Shown here: positions 62,001 to 64,000 of the stretch, one piece after another
Position numbering within the stretch: position 1 is the first letter of the stretch
Layout of the letters: each line of letters opens with the position of its first letter
NCBI GenBank assembly: GCA_002189035.1
Contig: NEEC01000010.1
Location: forward strand, 186,001 to 250,000
DNA from: Utricularia gibba
Lineage: Eukaryota > Plantae > Magnoliophyta
Length of the DNA stretch: 64,000 nucleotides
Reading direction: 5' to 3'
The notes under the pieces: model-generated
Databases searched by the model: none
The model's input: the letters and a program-made list of their open reading frames with translations, nothing else
What the model was told of the DNA's origin: nothing
Program-made: the position numbers and the translations under genes

Positions 62001-62649
62001 GAAAATAAATATAATTAAATCAGTTTTAGTCTGATTAAATGTTAAATACAATTTTTTTTATTATTTTCTATGTTTTGTTAAAATGTAATCAAAGTCATCG
62101 AAAAGAGTCTAAAATAAAGGTTTATATGTTTTCTTCATGTAAGTATAGTTTTCTTATTATAAAATTTTTTACTCCTTTTTTCGTTAGTTTAATTGGAGTC
62201 AGTAAATGATTGGAGATATGGCATAATTATCCAAAATAGTATGAGAGCAAAATTGGGAAAATGGTCTTCCACAATTCCATTTGAAGAAAGAGGATGTTTA
62301 CAATGCACCATGATGCGCACAGTTAAATTGTGATTGACTGTATAAGGAATCATTCCAACTATCACATCAAAATAAAAATTGTGGGACTTGCACAATAATT
62401 GATTTGAAAATTAGAATTGCAGGGGAATCATATTGTGTTGTGGTGTAGGTTATGGTCTTTTTGCAGCATCTCCTTTAGTTAGGTTCATGAGTTGAAGTTT
62501 TTACTTTTAGGTTTTGATTATGAGTAAGGTGAAAAGTAGCATCTTACACCCTTACAATTCGAGGGAGGTACAATTTATCTATAATCTATTGAATCCTAAT
62601 CTAACTATGGAGAAATAATGACCTTATAGATAAGTCATTTGGTCATTAG

Positions 62650-64000
62650 AAACATTCAGGCATATATTGAGAATTCTATTTTGAAGGAAAAGTGTTATAG
62701 TTTACATTGATTCTTTAATCATCATGAGACACTTCTGTTGGCTTGCTCCTCCTTCCAAAGTGAATTGAAAAGCTCTCAAATAAATCGAATCTTCTATCAT
62801 TCTAGCACTCCTCAATAAATAATAAACTGTTGTTATATTGTCTATGTGCTCATGGAGATTTTCACCAATCTTCCCATAAAATTTCAGCAAGAAACTAATC
62901 ATGGGTGACTTGAGCTCATTAACTACATTATTTGGAAATCTAATACATAGATCTCTGTAAGTATGATCACTAGCGTCTAATTCATTTAGAGTCTAAAAAG
63001 AATTCAAGATCCCTTGCACTAGAAGAACACAAAATAATTTAACACCACTCCCGAGCAATGACACTAATTCGATAAATGAAAATTATGTGATCATTATAAT
63101 ACAAATAAAATTATGTGTAAAATAAATTTATAATTCCTAATCCTTATAAAATACAAATTCAACACAAAATGCACAGTACATTTTAAGATCGAACACAAGA
63201 GCTGATGTTTGTTTTATTAAAATAGGATACAAAGGCACAAAATAATTTTAGTTTAAGTTTTAGTTAAGACTAATATTAAACAAATAATAAAATATGAAAT
63301 TGCAGAAAGCAATAGAACAAACGGTAAAATTAGGTTAAAAAGAAATAAAACATGGGCACCTTAGGGATTTTAGAACAGTGTGCTAATATGACCTTTGTTC
63401 TAAACACTCAAAAATGTTAACTAATTTGAGATTGTTTAGGTCTACCTAGACTAATCAATATGATTTTTTAGTTCTAATTTTTCTTGAATTTTCTAGACCA
63501 TCCTTATACTTAAGTCTATCATTTCGTAAGATAAATAAGATTAGATCTATCCAATTTTATTGGTCTTTATCCAAGAAAATCTACCTGTTTACCCACATCC
63601 CAACCCATTGGTCTACCTATAAGTTGGGTTATCTATGTTAAGTACTCTTCCTTTTTTCCATCTCATGAATCTATGCTGGAATATTGAGAAAAGATACACT
63701 AGCATTCTCAAGTTTTGGATCCTAATTTAAACTATAAACATTTCTCCCAAAGCACCACAAATACCTTGGCCACTCATAAATAAACTAAACAACTCAACTT
63801 CATAAACTAAAAATAAACCATGTTCATAATCACAAATTTAAAAGTAGAACAAATATAAAACATGCATAATGCATAAAAAAAGAAAAATTCAATTTGGATT
63901 CTTCGTCGCTACCATTTCCAGCTTGAAACAATAGCAATGGTACTAGATTCAATACTGGAAGAGCTTCAGGTTGAAATCTTCTTCTCAATCATCTTCTTCC
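62650..64000 (-). mobile_element. Athila-type element 5' end: LTR (63070 toward the window end), PBS-Asp (63049-63066), gag remnant
   Basis: PBS TAGTGTCATTGCTCGGGA (deaminated form of TGGCGCCGTTGCCGGGGA). gag LLKFYGKIGENLHEHID...EDSIYLRAFQFTLEGGA. LTR shares blocks with families A/A'. Confidence 0.8.

Noticed and set aside
1-64000. tRNA, rRNA, organellar or viral insertions
   Set aside because: None recognised by eye. The only tRNA-related sequences are retrotransposon primer-binding sites. A tRNAscan/BLAST run would be needed to exclude short or degenerate cases.

Overview
AT-rich plant (angiosperm-like) nuclear DNA, dominated by nested and degenerate transposons with five host-gene loci. 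The host loci are: (1) the last six coding exons of the arginine-biosynthesis gene ArgJ (+, intact); (2) a convergent gene of an uncharacterised plant family with two apparent frameshifts and a stop (-); (3) an intron-containing, 5'-truncated histone H2A.W pseudogene (+); (4) an intact single-ORF 217-aa gene (-); (5) a NaKR-type heavy-metal-associated (HMA) gene with one frameshift as assembled (-). The TE fraction includes six TSD-flanked solo LTRs of Athila-type gypsy families, three largely complete copies plus one fragment of a ~1.5 kb LTR-like repeat, and remnants of Copia, Tat, CRM-like, Athila, LINE, PIF/Harbinger and MULE elements. The main highlight is a 6.0 kb Mutator-like element (6023-12024, 10-bp TSD, inverted 30-bp tandem arrays at both ends). 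Besides a decayed MuDR transposase it carries a six-exon Ulp1/C48 SUMO-protease-like gene that the ORF track does not show. All splice sites are GT-AG and frame-preserving, the His/Asp/Gln/Cys catalytic positions are present, and there is one internal stop. All family assignments come from recalled motifs read by eye; no database search was run, and the boundaries of degenerate remnants are approximate.
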